A stretch of DNA of 64,000 nucleotides, from positions 397,437-461,436 of the forward strand of contig JBGSRU010000002.1 in NCBI GenBank assembly GCA_041737385.1, in the 5' to 3' direction. The notes beneath the pieces were generated by a model, which saw only the letters and a program-made list of their open reading frames with translations, did no database searches and was not told the DNA's origin. Shown piece after piece: positions 1 to 8,282 of this stretch; positions within the stretch are counted from its first letter, which is position 1; the number at the start of each line of letters is the position of its first letter. Position numbers and translations under genes: made by a program. The DNA comes from Candidatus Saccharimonadales bacterium. GTDB lineage: Bacteria > Patescibacteriota > Saccharimonadia > Saccharimonadales > SZUA-47.

Positions 1-203
1 AGGGTGCTCAGTAGAATATAAGGCCAAGAAACTGTGCTTTTCTTATTGGGTCAATCTGTTGCATGGCCCCAGCAGCTTGCCCGCGTGTATCAATATACAG
101 TTACTATCGTCGGGTTTCTCAAACTAGCTATCACGCATAACAAGTTTCAAATGATGCGCTAAAATACAAGAATTAAATCACTTCACATACGAGCATGCCA
201 GTA

Positions 204-713
204 TTACACATCAAGTCTTCCTGCGACGAGCTCTGGGTTGGCGACGTCTTTTATGATAACCTGACGCTCAAAAGAACCTTCAGCAAACAGAACCCTGATA
301 GAGCCATACTTCATCACTGAACCCAAGCGCGACTTCGACACGCTAACTGATCTAACTTCTTTCAGGTTCAGTACTTTACTCTCTTTTGACGATTGTGATG
401 TATGGATAACTAGCTTTTTATCCATCACATAATAGGACGTCTTGAGCCAAGGGTTTAGTATGCCGTAGAGCGCATAGGCACTGAGCGCTGATTTAATAAA
501 AAACAAGACAAAAGCGAGACCAATCAACGTGGCGTCAAGACCGAGTATGTTCCTTAGTCCGACAAGAAAAAGAATCGTGAATATATAGAGCGCATCAGTA
601 GCGACAACAATGCTAACAGCACGCATCAATAATGGGGCAGGAGCTTTAACGATGGAGAAGTTTTTTGGTTTAGTCATGTATAGCAGTCTAGCATAGAAAA
701 ACACAGTGGGCAT
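204..713 (-). CDS. membrane protein with bacterial PH-like (bPH_2/YdbS-YdbT-like) domain
   Basis: 169-aa ORF with two N-terminal TM helices, then 'YYVMDKKLVIH...VRSVSVSKSRLGSVMKYGSIRVLF', which resembles a bPH_2 domain. Alternative start is M13 at 677. Confidence 0.45.
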   Translation of the reverse strand: MPTVFFYARLLYMTKPKNFSIVKAPAPLLMRAVSIVVATDALYIFTILFLVGLRNILGLDATLIGLAFVLFFIKSALSAYALYGILNPWLKTSYYVMDKKLVIHTSQSSKESKVLNLKEVRSVSVSKSRLGSVMKYGSIRVLFAEGSFERQVIIKDVANPELVAGRLDV

Positions 714-748
714 GCAAGCTTACTACAGTAGCTGACATGCTATTAAGA

Positions 749-1567
749 CTATAGGTCTATGAACGGCAGTGAGCCGTCTGTTTGTATTCTGTCACCACCT
801 CCGTTGCGAGAGTGGAATGCGGCCGTGAAGTGTTTTTTGATATCGATCTTATTAATGGCCTTTACCGATCGCAGGGAAGTAATGATATAATCGCGTTCGA
901 CATCCGTGTTTTCACCAATTTTGTGCGTTATCTGCAGTGTAAACAGAGAAAAGCCTACGCGTTTGTCATACGTACCGGCTGCAATCCAGTCCGCCTTAAA
1001 TCCGCCCGGCAGGTACCAACCATCTGGTGTCTTCCAAAACCGCACATGATGGCGGGCATGTGGGTTGCCGTTCATTTCTTGCTGAAACGTGAAATCTTGT
1101 TTGCGGCCAAACAGGAATAACGAACTAACCGGTGCATTTGGATAGGTCTTTTTACGGATACTACTGCTAACCATTTTCACGCTGGTGCTAAATAATAATG
1201 GCTCAGCCTGCAGCCAGCCAGCACGTTTAAATGCTGTTTTGAGATCTTTTTCGCTACCGTTTAGCGCTATGTTGACTGGATCACCATAAAATCCGTCTGA
1301 TGTCCTGGTCCTGCCTATGAAATAGTTCGGAATGTATATGTTCGTCAAAAACCGGTGCAGCCGAGGAAGCACAACATACGCAGAAACAGCCCATACAATA
1401 ATAAACGGAATGATGTAGCTGCGCTCAGTCCCAAATAGCCTCGAAAACCCGTACGTATACGCGCTCCAGGACGCAAATATAATAATCATCGTCAATCCCA
1501 AGCGGTAAGCCAGCAGGAGCACGTGCGCTGGCAAACTTTTCGATGTTTGTTTGGTACCATTGTGCAT
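749..1567 (-). CDS. LssY-like C-terminal domain membrane protein (tentative)
   Basis: 272-aa ORF with N-terminal TM helices. 'PVNIALNGSEKDLKTAFKRAGWLQAEPL' resembles the LssY_C family. It lies 3 nt downstream of the preceding gene. Confidence 0.35.
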   Translation of the reverse strand: MHNGTKQTSKSLPAHVLLLAYRLGLTMIIIFASWSAYTYGFSRLFGTERSYIIPFIIVWAVSAYVVLPRLHRFLTNIYIPNYFIGRTRTSDGFYGDPVNIALNGSEKDLKTAFKRAGWLQAEPLLFSTSVKMVSSSIRKKTYPNAPVSSLFLFGRKQDFTFQQEMNGNPHARHHVRFWKTPDGWYLPGGFKADWIAAGTYDKRVGFSLFTLQITHKIGENTDVERDYIITSLRSVKAINKIDIKKHFTAAFHSRNGGGDRIQTDGSLPFIDL

Positions 1568-1570
1568 AGA

Positions 1571-2659
1571 CTAAGTCTTCTTAGGCTTATCTTTGCTTAA
1601 CACAGACTTCTGTTCTAAGTATGACTCGATTGTCGTCGTAATAAATATCATGATAATTGGACCATACACCACACCCAGCAAACCGAACCACGCGACGCCG
1701 GCGAATGTAGAGAGTATCAGTAGCGATGCAGGTAAAAAGGCATCGTCAGGAACGAGCTTTGGTCGCAAAATATTGTCGACGTTTGTAACAACGATAAAGT
1801 GCGTCGCTAATATCAGTACGCCCGCTCCAACGTTCCCAGTAACTAAAGCAATAGCGCCAATAGGCATCGTAATCAGGCCGCTTCCGAGAGGTATAAGGTT
1901 CAGGAAAGAAAACAGTATTGCGAAAACCAAGAAGTAATCACCAAGACCTATGAACAGTAGCGACGCAGCACCGATGAATCCCTGAACAGTCGCGATTATA
2001 AGCTGTCCCTTTAGCATAGCTTTTGCCATCGCCCCAATTTTTGCAAAGTATTTTTTGGTTAATTTTTCATCAAATGGACTGAGGCCCAAAATAGTTGCGA
2101 CAAGCGATTTTTGATAGCGTAGTGCGCCAGTAAATAGGAACAGAAATATAATAAACAGAGCAAAGAACGAAGGTACGCTAGTCACTAAACCGCTTACGAT
2201 GCCGATGGCTCCATCAAGTACTTTTGGCGCAAAATTAAGAACAAAGTCGGTGACTTCTGTGCTCGATACCGCTTCCTGAACGCCAAGTACGCTTTCACCA
2301 ACTTCATTAATTGTCTCGCTTATAGACGTAGATACTTGTTGAATACTCTGACCTTCTAGTGAGAAACTACCGTTGTTTACCGAATCAAATAAGGTCGTGA
2401 GCTGCCCAAAGGCGAGAAGCATAATTATAGATATAGGAATTACCGCGGTAAATAGCGCCGCAAAAACGGTCAGCGTCATGGCCAGCCCAGATTTTGTTTT
2501 AGTTGATAGATACAGATAGACCGGATTGAAAATATACGCTGTGAGCAGAGCCAACGCTGCTACGCTCAAATACGGTTCAATGAAGAAAATCCCGCCAACC
2601 AGCGTCAGTATAACCAGTATAGTTAATGGTTGTACTTGTTGTTTGATAGTTTTACTCAT
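1571..2659 (-). CDS. AI-2E family transporter (PerM/UPF0118)
   Basis: 362-aa polytopic ORF. The C-terminal 'NVDNILRPKLV' and overall topology are typical of the AI-2E/UPF0118 family. Confidence 0.75.
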   Translation of the reverse strand: MSKTIKQQVQPLTILVILTLVGGIFFIEPYLSVAALALLTAYIFNPVYLYLSTKTKSGLAMTLTVFAALFTAVIPISIIMLLAFGQLTTLFDSVNNGSFSLEGQSIQQVSTSISETINEVGESVLGVQEAVSSTEVTDFVLNFAPKVLDGAIGIVSGLVTSVPSFFALFIIFLFLFTGALRYQKSLVATILGLSPFDEKLTKKYFAKIGAMAKAMLKGQLIIATVQGFIGAASLLFIGLGDYFLVFAILFSFLNLIPLGSGLITMPIGAIALVTGNVGAGVLILATHFIVVTNVDNILRPKLVPDDAFLPASLLILSTFAGVAWFGLLGVVYGPIIMIFITTTIESYLEQKSVLSKDKPKKT

Positions 2660-2803
2660 TTAAATTATGTCCTCGTTTGCCGCTTAGTATAACAGGGGGT
2701 TTTCATTGAGCAAATATCTTGTTGACCAAGGGATGGCTCTACGCCGCATTCATTTTTTTTACATTCAATGGTATTGTTAACGTATTAAGTAAGAGGAGAG
2801 GTA

Positions 2804-3790
2804 ATGATATTTATAGCATTTGCTTTAGTACTGCTGGGATTATTCACCGCAGTATTAGGGCTTAAACTTTTCAGGGTAATTCTACCGCTAGCTGGTTTAT
2901 TTGCTGGGGTAATGGTCGGATTTGGAGGTGTACAAGGGGTGTTTGGCACAGGAGCAATCAGCACAAGCATCGCAGTCATGATGGCACTGATTGTCGGCGT
3001 ACTGATGTCATTGCTGTCCTTTGTTTTTCTTGAGCTTGCAGTATATGTTCTATCGGCAATGGTTGGAGCTGCCGCACTAAGTTATCTAGGCGTTGTTCTA
3101 ACTTTAGGAGACAACGGTCTGTTGATGCTACTGCTTGCCATCGCTGGTGCAATTATTGGCTTCATATTTGCAAGTCATAGACCGGCGCTATCAACATCCG
3201 TAGTAGTGGCCATGACCTCATTTGCGGGTGTCAGCTTTGTTCTTGCAGGAGTGATGCTTCTCGTTGGGGATGTGTCTCTCGATCAGCTCCATGATGGAGG
3301 AGTTATTGCTTCTGTTCTCGATGTAGTCGACAATTCATTCATCTGGTTATTAGTATGGATCGGTGCTTCAGTATTGGCACTCAACACACAGTTGCGTCTA
3401 CTTATGACAGAAGTCATAGGCAACAACTACGCATTTATTGAAAAGAAAGTTAAAAAAGGAGTTACAACTATGGCAAAGAAAAATAATACAAGAATTACAG
3501 GCGTAAAATCTTCTAGCATTGCTATGTTTGAGGGTGTCTTTGGCTCAATAATCGGACTGGGCATAGCAATAATGTACAGCCTGAATACAACAGTCGAATA
3601 CACAGAGGCAACCGACAGTGTTTTTGCTGGTCTTGCTTTAGGTGCTACTGCGGGAATTGTGAGTATAATTGTACTTCCGTTTGTGTACTTTGCGCTAGGA
3701 TGGGTTACTGGCTACATCCACGGATTCATGTTTAACGTACTCGCAGAAAACTCTGAGGGAATCGTTATACGAACCGAAATAGAAAAATAG
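2804..3790 (+). CDS. polytopic integral membrane protein, function unknown
   Basis: 328-aa ORF that is Gly/Ala/Val/Leu-rich with about 9 predicted TM segments. AGGAG lies 8 nt upstream of the ATG. Confidence 0.5.
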   Translation: MIFIAFALVLLGLFTAVLGLKLFRVILPLAGLFAGVMVGFGGVQGVFGTGAISTSIAVMMALIVGVLMSLLSFVFLELAVYVLSAMVGAAALSYLGVVLTLGDNGLLMLLLAIAGAIIGFIFASHRPALSTSVVVAMTSFAGVSFVLAGVMLLVGDVSLDQLHDGGVIASVLDVVDNSFIWLLVWIGASVLALNTQLRLLMTEVIGNNYAFIEKKVKKGVTTMAKKNNTRITGVKSSSIAMFEGVFGSIIGLGIAIMYSLNTTVEYTEATDSVFAGLALGATAGIVSIIVLPFVYFALGWVTGYIHGFMFNVLAENSEGIVIRTEIEK

Positions 3791-3800
3791 AATAATCATC

Positions 3801-3844
3801 ACTAACAAAAAAGCCAGGGTAAGTTACCGAGCTTTTTTGTTAGT
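3801..3844. terminator. perfect 14-bp A/T-flanked hairpin, possible bidirectional terminator
   Basis: ACTAACAAAAAAGC (3801-3814) is the exact reverse complement of GCTTTTTTGTTAGT (3831-3844), with a 16-nt loop. It sits 11 nt after the stop at 3790. Confidence 0.45.
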
Positions 3845-3949
3845 TACTTGGGATGGTAAGGCTTACGGATATCTCGCGCTACTAAAGTTTTTTGCCAAAG
3901 CAACTTTTTGGAAACATACCAAGAAGTCTCATGCTACAATTTGTGTACA

Positions 3950-4270
3950 ATGAAAAATACAAGAAAATTTTCAGACGAAGAAGCCCGCATCATAAAAAAG
4001 CGGTTCCGCATATTAGCAGTTCTCAGCCTTGCTATATTGTCGATAGGAACAATTGTTATCCATTACCTCGAAGATCTTACTTGGTTTGACTCATTCTACT
4101 TCTCCATAATCTCCTTGAGTACCGTTGGTTACGGAGATATAACTCCACAGACTACAGGTGGCAAGGTGTTCGTGATCGTATTCCTCATTTTTGGGATCGG
4201 TATCCTTGCTGCAGCGATCAATACTATGCTACTAAGCCTCCTTGTAAGACAACAAGAACGCACGAAGTAA
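3950..4270 (+). CDS. two-TM potassium channel (Ion_trans_2 type)
   Basis: Selectivity filter 'SLSTVGYGDITP' lies between two TM helices. I prefer the ATG at 3950 over the TTG at 3908 given in the ORF track. Confidence 0.75.
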   Translation: MKNTRKFSDEEARIIKKRFRILAVLSLAILSIGTIVIHYLEDLTWFDSFYFSIISLSTVGYGDITPQTTGGKVFVIVFLIFGIGILAAAINTMLLSLLVRQQERTK

Positions 4271-4400
4271 GACTGAGCTAAGACTGGTCTATGAGAAAAG
4301 AGCTACATATTATTGGCCAATTCATAAAAAATCGTATCTGGATAGATGGATATGCTCGAACTGTCATCAGTGGAGCGAAAAATAATCTACTAGCAATGAA

Positions 4401-5378
4401 ATGATCAACAAAAAACTAGACAACCTAATGTGGGGAGAGAAATCTATATCTTCTAGCTGGAATTACGACCCAAACTGTCTAAAAAACTTAACTTGCAAGA
4501 AAAACATTGTAGAATTCATCGATAGAACTGAAGGTGGTCACTGGTTCGTTACTTCAACAATAGAAAATATAGAATCAGTACTTAGCGAACATGAAATTAC
4601 AATTAATAACCATTTTCCCTCAGGAGTTGGAGGATTAACTTTTTCCGCTATAGACAAGGATAATAAACACTGCATTTTAAAATTTTATATGACAGAGAGA
4701 CAGTTTCTTAATGCTCAAACTTCAACCCAGTTATTATACGAATCCGGGTTAGGTCCAAAAATAATAATAAATGGAGCAAATTATTTAGTTTTTGAGGCTG
4801 TTTCGCCAGGCACTCCCTTACGCAGTAAAAGTATTGATTTTAAAATTATGAAAAAGCTAATACTAGACTTGGAGATAATTTCAAAAATTAAATACCTTAA
4901 ATCTGAGGATAAAAATAAATGGTACACAGATTTGGAAGAATCTTTATCTAATCTCAGCAACATTTTCCACGAGTCAAACGAATTACTAAATCTTCTAAAA
5001 ACCATAAAGGTCAGGGAAGTAGGTTTTTCACATGGCGACGCGCAGTTGGGCAACATTTTAATCAAAGAAGAGGGCTACAGTTGGATTGACCCAGAAGCAG
5101 AATTAGCTCCTAAAGAAACCGATTTAGCACGACTCTATACGCATACCTGCGCAGACCTGATCGGAAATGACCCCGACTATGATATTAAGCCAATGTATGA
5201 GATTTTCAAAAACGAGAGTCATGTAGATATAAATACCTTTCTTATCCTAAGCTGCATTAAATCGTTTAAATCTTATATTTCACTTGGATACGGAAGCACT
5301 AAGAGAGAATGGGAAGCAAAAGCAAATTACAAAATTTACAAAAATCTATTATCAAAAATCAGACAAATTACAATATAA
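4401..5378 (+). CDS. APH/choline-kinase-like phosphotransferase
   Basis: Catalytic loop 'FSHGDAQLGNILI' (HxDxxxxN) followed by 'WIDPE' (metal-binding D). The substrate is unknown. Confidence 0.55.
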   Translation: MINKKLDNLMWGEKSISSSWNYDPNCLKNLTCKKNIVEFIDRTEGGHWFVTSTIENIESVLSEHEITINNHFPSGVGGLTFSAIDKDNKHCILKFYMTERQFLNAQTSTQLLYESGLGPKIIINGANYLVFEAVSPGTPLRSKSIDFKIMKKLILDLEIISKIKYLKSEDKNKWYTDLEESLSNLSNIFHESNELLNLLKTIKVREVGFSHGDAQLGNILIKEEGYSWIDPEAELAPKETDLARLYTHTCADLIGNDPDYDIKPMYEIFKNESHVDINTFLILSCIKSFKSYISLGYGSTKREWEAKANYKIYKNLLSKIRQITI

Positions 5379-5470
5379 TTTGTTTTTATTGTGATAAAAA
5401 TTTTCTCCACCTGACCGTCTCTTAAAATATCTGTGCTAAAAATTCCTGTGCGGGACCACCAATTTAAGCA

Positions 5471-5492
5471 CTTGCCCTTTCGGCGAGTTTTT
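5471..5492 (+). terminator. rho-independent terminator candidate
   Basis: CTTGCC (5471-5476) pairs with GGCGAG (5482-5487), including one U.G pair that forms only on the + strand. TTTTT follows. It lies 93 nt after the kinase-like gene stop. Confidence 0.45.
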
Positions 5493-5563
5493 AAAGTAAA
5501 GATTCCAAAGAGAAGCGAGCTAAAAGAATTCGCCCATTTACCCGCCGCTCCTAGCGACAAGAC

Positions 5564-5590
5564 GGGCTAAATTTATGCCTGATATTCTCG
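5564..5590 (+). repeat. 27-nt direct repeat, copy 1
   Basis: GGGCTAAATTTATGCCTGATATTCTCG matches 5876-5902 at 26 of 27 positions. Confidence 0.85.
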
Positions 5591-5634
5591 CTCGGATCAA
5601 TAAGTTCCTCATGCTTAAAGTAGTAAAATAACTA

Positions 5635-5664
5635 TTGACAACTATTTCGTGTTTTTGATATTTT
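5635..5664 (+). promoter_or_regulatory. sigma-70-type promoter candidate
   Basis: Perfect -35 TTGACA (5635-5640), 18-nt spacer, and extended -10 TGaTATTTT (5656-5664). Confidence 0.4.
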
Positions 5665-5671
5665 ATTATCT

Positions 5672-5822
5672 GGAAGACCAAGTGAAACAGCACATTAAAT
5701 ATGTAGCCGAAAAAGTTCAATAGTTCTAGTAAGTATTTAGGTAGATGGCTACATCTGTGGGTGCAAGTCTTCCATAAAGTTTCTAAAAGAGGCGCTAAAA
5801 AGTGCCTCTTTTTTATTTTTTG
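5672..5822 (+). ncRNA. candidate ~150-nt small RNA, class unknown
   Basis: It lies between the promoter (5635-5664) and the terminator (5787-5822). It forms a rod-like fold: 5671-5678 TGGAAGAC pairs with 5767-5774 GTCTTCCA, and 5701-5708 ATGTAGCC pairs with 5747-5754 GGCTACAT. I found no credible ORF. Confidence 0.3.
5787..5822 (+). terminator. rho-independent terminator
   Basis: AAGAGGC (5787-5793) pairs with GCCTCTT (5804-5810), followed by TTTTTATTTTTT. Confidence 0.6.
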
Positions 5823-5875
5823 TTTATTACAGGAACGAAAGAGTTCTTCCATTTTACCAAAACCCTGTTTCAGAT

Positions 5876-5902
5876 GGGCTAAATTTATACCTGATATTCT
5901 CG
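5876..5902 (+). repeat. 27-nt direct repeat, copy 2
   Basis: GGGCTAAATTTATACCTGATATTCTCG lies 312 nt downstream of copy 1. Confidence 0.85.
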
Positions 5903-5975
5903 TTGAGGTCACCAAACAAATTCTAAACTGGTTTAGCTATTGCGGAGTCACGTTTAATTCCGCACACTGTAGTGT

Positions 5976-6647
5976 ATGCAATATTTTATCAATGGCGGTG
6001 GCAGAGAATTTGATCATTTACTTGAATTACAAAAAACTGGCTGGTTTAAAGATAATGAAATCAGTACATTGTTAATAATTCCATTAGCGATCAAAGAAGA
6101 TTATTGGCAGCAAAAATGGGTTAACCCGACACAGCTATTTGAAACTACTGGCGGTCCTAGTATCACAAGTATTACCACTTATTCTGACCGGACTAATGCT
6201 ATGGAGAAAATCAATCAAGCAGATGCAATATACTTCACTGGAGGCTCACAAGAAACATTAATTAAACGTTTGTGTGAGGAGCTGAAATTACTCGATGAAA
6301 TAAAAAAATCTGCATCACTTAAAGCAATCGGGGGCGGTAGCGCTGGTATGATGGTTCTAGGTGAGCAAACTATTTTTGGTGCCACTGCAGTAAAATCTGT
6401 CAATCAAGGAATGAACTTCATCGATAAAACAATTTTTGATTCACATTTTACCAAACATAATAGACTGGATCGATTGAAACCTGTCATAGATCAATTATCC
6501 GATTTCACTGGGATTGGCGTAGATGAGCAGACGACGCTAATACTCGATGATAACTATAGGCCAACGGCTATTTACGGTGAAGGTACCGTAACTTATTACG
6601 AAGCAGGGAAGACAACTATATATGATAAAAACAACTTTACAGCTTAG
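5976..6647 (+). CDS. peptidase S51 family (dipeptidase E/cyanophycinase-like)
   Basis: 'AIYFTGGSQETLIKRL' and the nucleophile-elbow-like 'GGGSAGMMVLG' are typical of S51 peptidases. Confidence 0.65.
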   Translation: MQYFINGGGREFDHLLELQKTGWFKDNEISTLLIIPLAIKEDYWQQKWVNPTQLFETTGGPSITSITTYSDRTNAMEKINQADAIYFTGGSQETLIKRLCEELKLLDEIKKSASLKAIGGGSAGMMVLGEQTIFGATAVKSVNQGMNFIDKTIFDSHFTKHNRLDRLKPVIDQLSDFTGIGVDEQTTLILDDNYRPTAIYGEGTVTYYEAGKTTIYDKNNFTA

Positions 6648-7806
6648 CCAAATAAAATCTAAGCTACAGCAGGTTAACACGTCAAAAGACGTGTACCTCA
6701 AAACGTCTGCTGGATTTGATCAAACTTCTAAATTTGCAGGTCGATATAGAAAAACTTTCAGCCTCATCCTCTCTCAGGATGACATGGATTTGATAACTTC
6801 ACAGATGGAGCAGCTTTATAATAAGGTTTGCAAGGACATAGACTTTTCACCGTCAAAAAGCGAACCATATCCATTCGACTATGTTAGGGTTGACGCGTTT
6901 TACGACAGTGCAGAAAAAAACTTGAAAGCACTCGAGATCAACGTCAGAGGTGCCGGTATGCACGAGATTTCAGAGCTTTGTGACTATTATTGCGCTGAGG
7001 CGCTTGACGAAAACAAACTTGAGCGGTTAAACGATAAAATTGTTTCTATTCAAAAGAACATACAAGAGGCCAAGCTAGGTCCAGTGAATAAGCTTCTTTA
7101 TATTACTCAGCCCAATAAACCAAAATGGCTCTATTATGATGCAGTTAAGAGAGCTTACAACGACGTTATATATGTCACTAATTTAAAGGTGCTGACTGCA
7201 GGACCCGACGGTGTCATTCTCCAAGATAAAACATACACGGCTATAACTGCAAAAGCTTCAGGCGGGTTACCCGAAGAATTATGGAAACTTGATAAGGCAG
7301 GCGTCATATCAATAATCCAGCCCAAGATTGATCGACTCATTGGTATGAAAGAATACTTAAACGAACTATCGTTTGATTTCATTGCATCGTCTCGTCCGCT
7401 CGATAAACTGAACCATGAGCTATACATAAAAAACCGCAGAGAACTCGTTCTGAAGAAAAGTAAATCTTCTGGAGCCAAAGGAGTAATTGTCGGAGTAGAC
7501 GCTTCTAAAGGCAATTGGAAAAAAGAATTAGAAAAAGCCTACACAGAGCCCAAAGAATGGCTTATGCAGGAATTTATACCACCTAGTAGCGGCATAGTTG
7601 TTGGGCACGGCGACCTTATTCCTAAAAATAACAAAGTGCTATTAGGAATATTCATTCTTCCTGATATCTCTGATCCAACTACAATAACCATAGACATATC
7701 CGTTAAACTTTACGACGGATTAGGTAGCGAGATTATATTTGATCCTGCAGATATCCACGAAGATATATGGTTCGGCAACGTCATCGTCATCAATAGTGCT
7801 GTATAG
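6622..7806 (+). CDS. ATP-grasp-like ligase, possibly circularly permuted or glutathionylspermidine-synthase-like (tentative)
   Basis: 394 aa. 'VRVDAFYD...LKALEINVRGAG' comes before 'VLKKSKSSGAKGVIVGV' and 'WLMQEFIPP', so ATP-grasp-type motifs appear in permuted order. It overlaps the S51 gene by 26 nt. Confidence 0.3.
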   Translation: MIKTTLQLSQIKSKLQQVNTSKDVYLKTSAGFDQTSKFAGRYRKTFSLILSQDDMDLITSQMEQLYNKVCKDIDFSPSKSEPYPFDYVRVDAFYDSAEKNLKALEINVRGAGMHEISELCDYYCAEALDENKLERLNDKIVSIQKNIQEAKLGPVNKLLYITQPNKPKWLYYDAVKRAYNDVIYVTNLKVLTAGPDGVILQDKTYTAITAKASGGLPEELWKLDKAGVISIIQPKIDRLIGMKEYLNELSFDFIASSRPLDKLNHELYIKNRRELVLKKSKSSGAKGVIVGVDASKGNWKKELEKAYTEPKEWLMQEFIPPSSGIVVGHGDLIPKNNKVLLGIFILPDISDPTTITIDISVKLYDGLGSEIIFDPADIHEDIWFGNVIVINSAV

Positions 7807-7842
7807 ATAACTTTTCTGAGCGTACTTGCTTAGAGTTTCACA

Positions 7843-8274
7843 TTGAAAGCACTCCACGGCATGATCTATACTGTAACTATGCAAGGAAAAACTTGGTATG
7901 AGCAACTCGCAAAACCAAACTGGGCGCCAGATGCATCAGTATTTGGACAAGTGTGGTCGGTGCTATACGTTATTATCGCAGCAGTGAATATTTATGTGCT
8001 AACGCAAGTTATTCGTGGAGAGCTCGACTGGAAAGTTGGTTTGCCGTTCTGGATCAACCTCGTATTCAATCTGCTATTTACCCCAATTCAATTCGGGCTT
8101 AAGAACAATTTCCTTGCAATGCTCGTCATCTACATAATACTCGGCTCAATCGTTTGGTCGACGATTACAATATGGCCTCACAATAGACTTCTATCGATCG
8201 CCTTCGTACCGTATTTGGTGTGGGTGAGTATTGCGACTGTTTTACAGACTCAGATATGGTATTTAAACAAATAG
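7843..8274 (+). CDS. tspO: TspO/MBR tryptophan-rich sensory protein
   Basis: 'WYEQLAKPNWAPDASVFGQVWSVLY' plus 5 TM helices. Alternative starts are at 7861 and 7879. Confidence 0.75.
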   Translation: MKALHGMIYTVTMQGKTWYEQLAKPNWAPDASVFGQVWSVLYVIIAAVNIYVLTQVIRGELDWKVGLPFWINLVFNLLFTPIQFGLKNNFLAMLVIYIILGSIVWSTITIWPHNRLLSIAFVPYLVWVSIATVLQTQIWYLNK

Positions 8275-8282
8275 ATCTGTGT

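Noticed and set aside
1-203. Possible partial gene or RNA at the left edge of the window
   Set aside because: There is no ORF of useful length and no recognisable RNA motif, and the sequence is too short to interpret.
5538-5915. 125-aa ORF on the - strand spanning the sRNA-candidate gap
   Set aside because: Its only notable feature, a duplicated 'RISGINLA' peptide, comes from reading through the two 27-nt DNA repeats. It also runs through a promoter and a terminator hairpin and has no SD.
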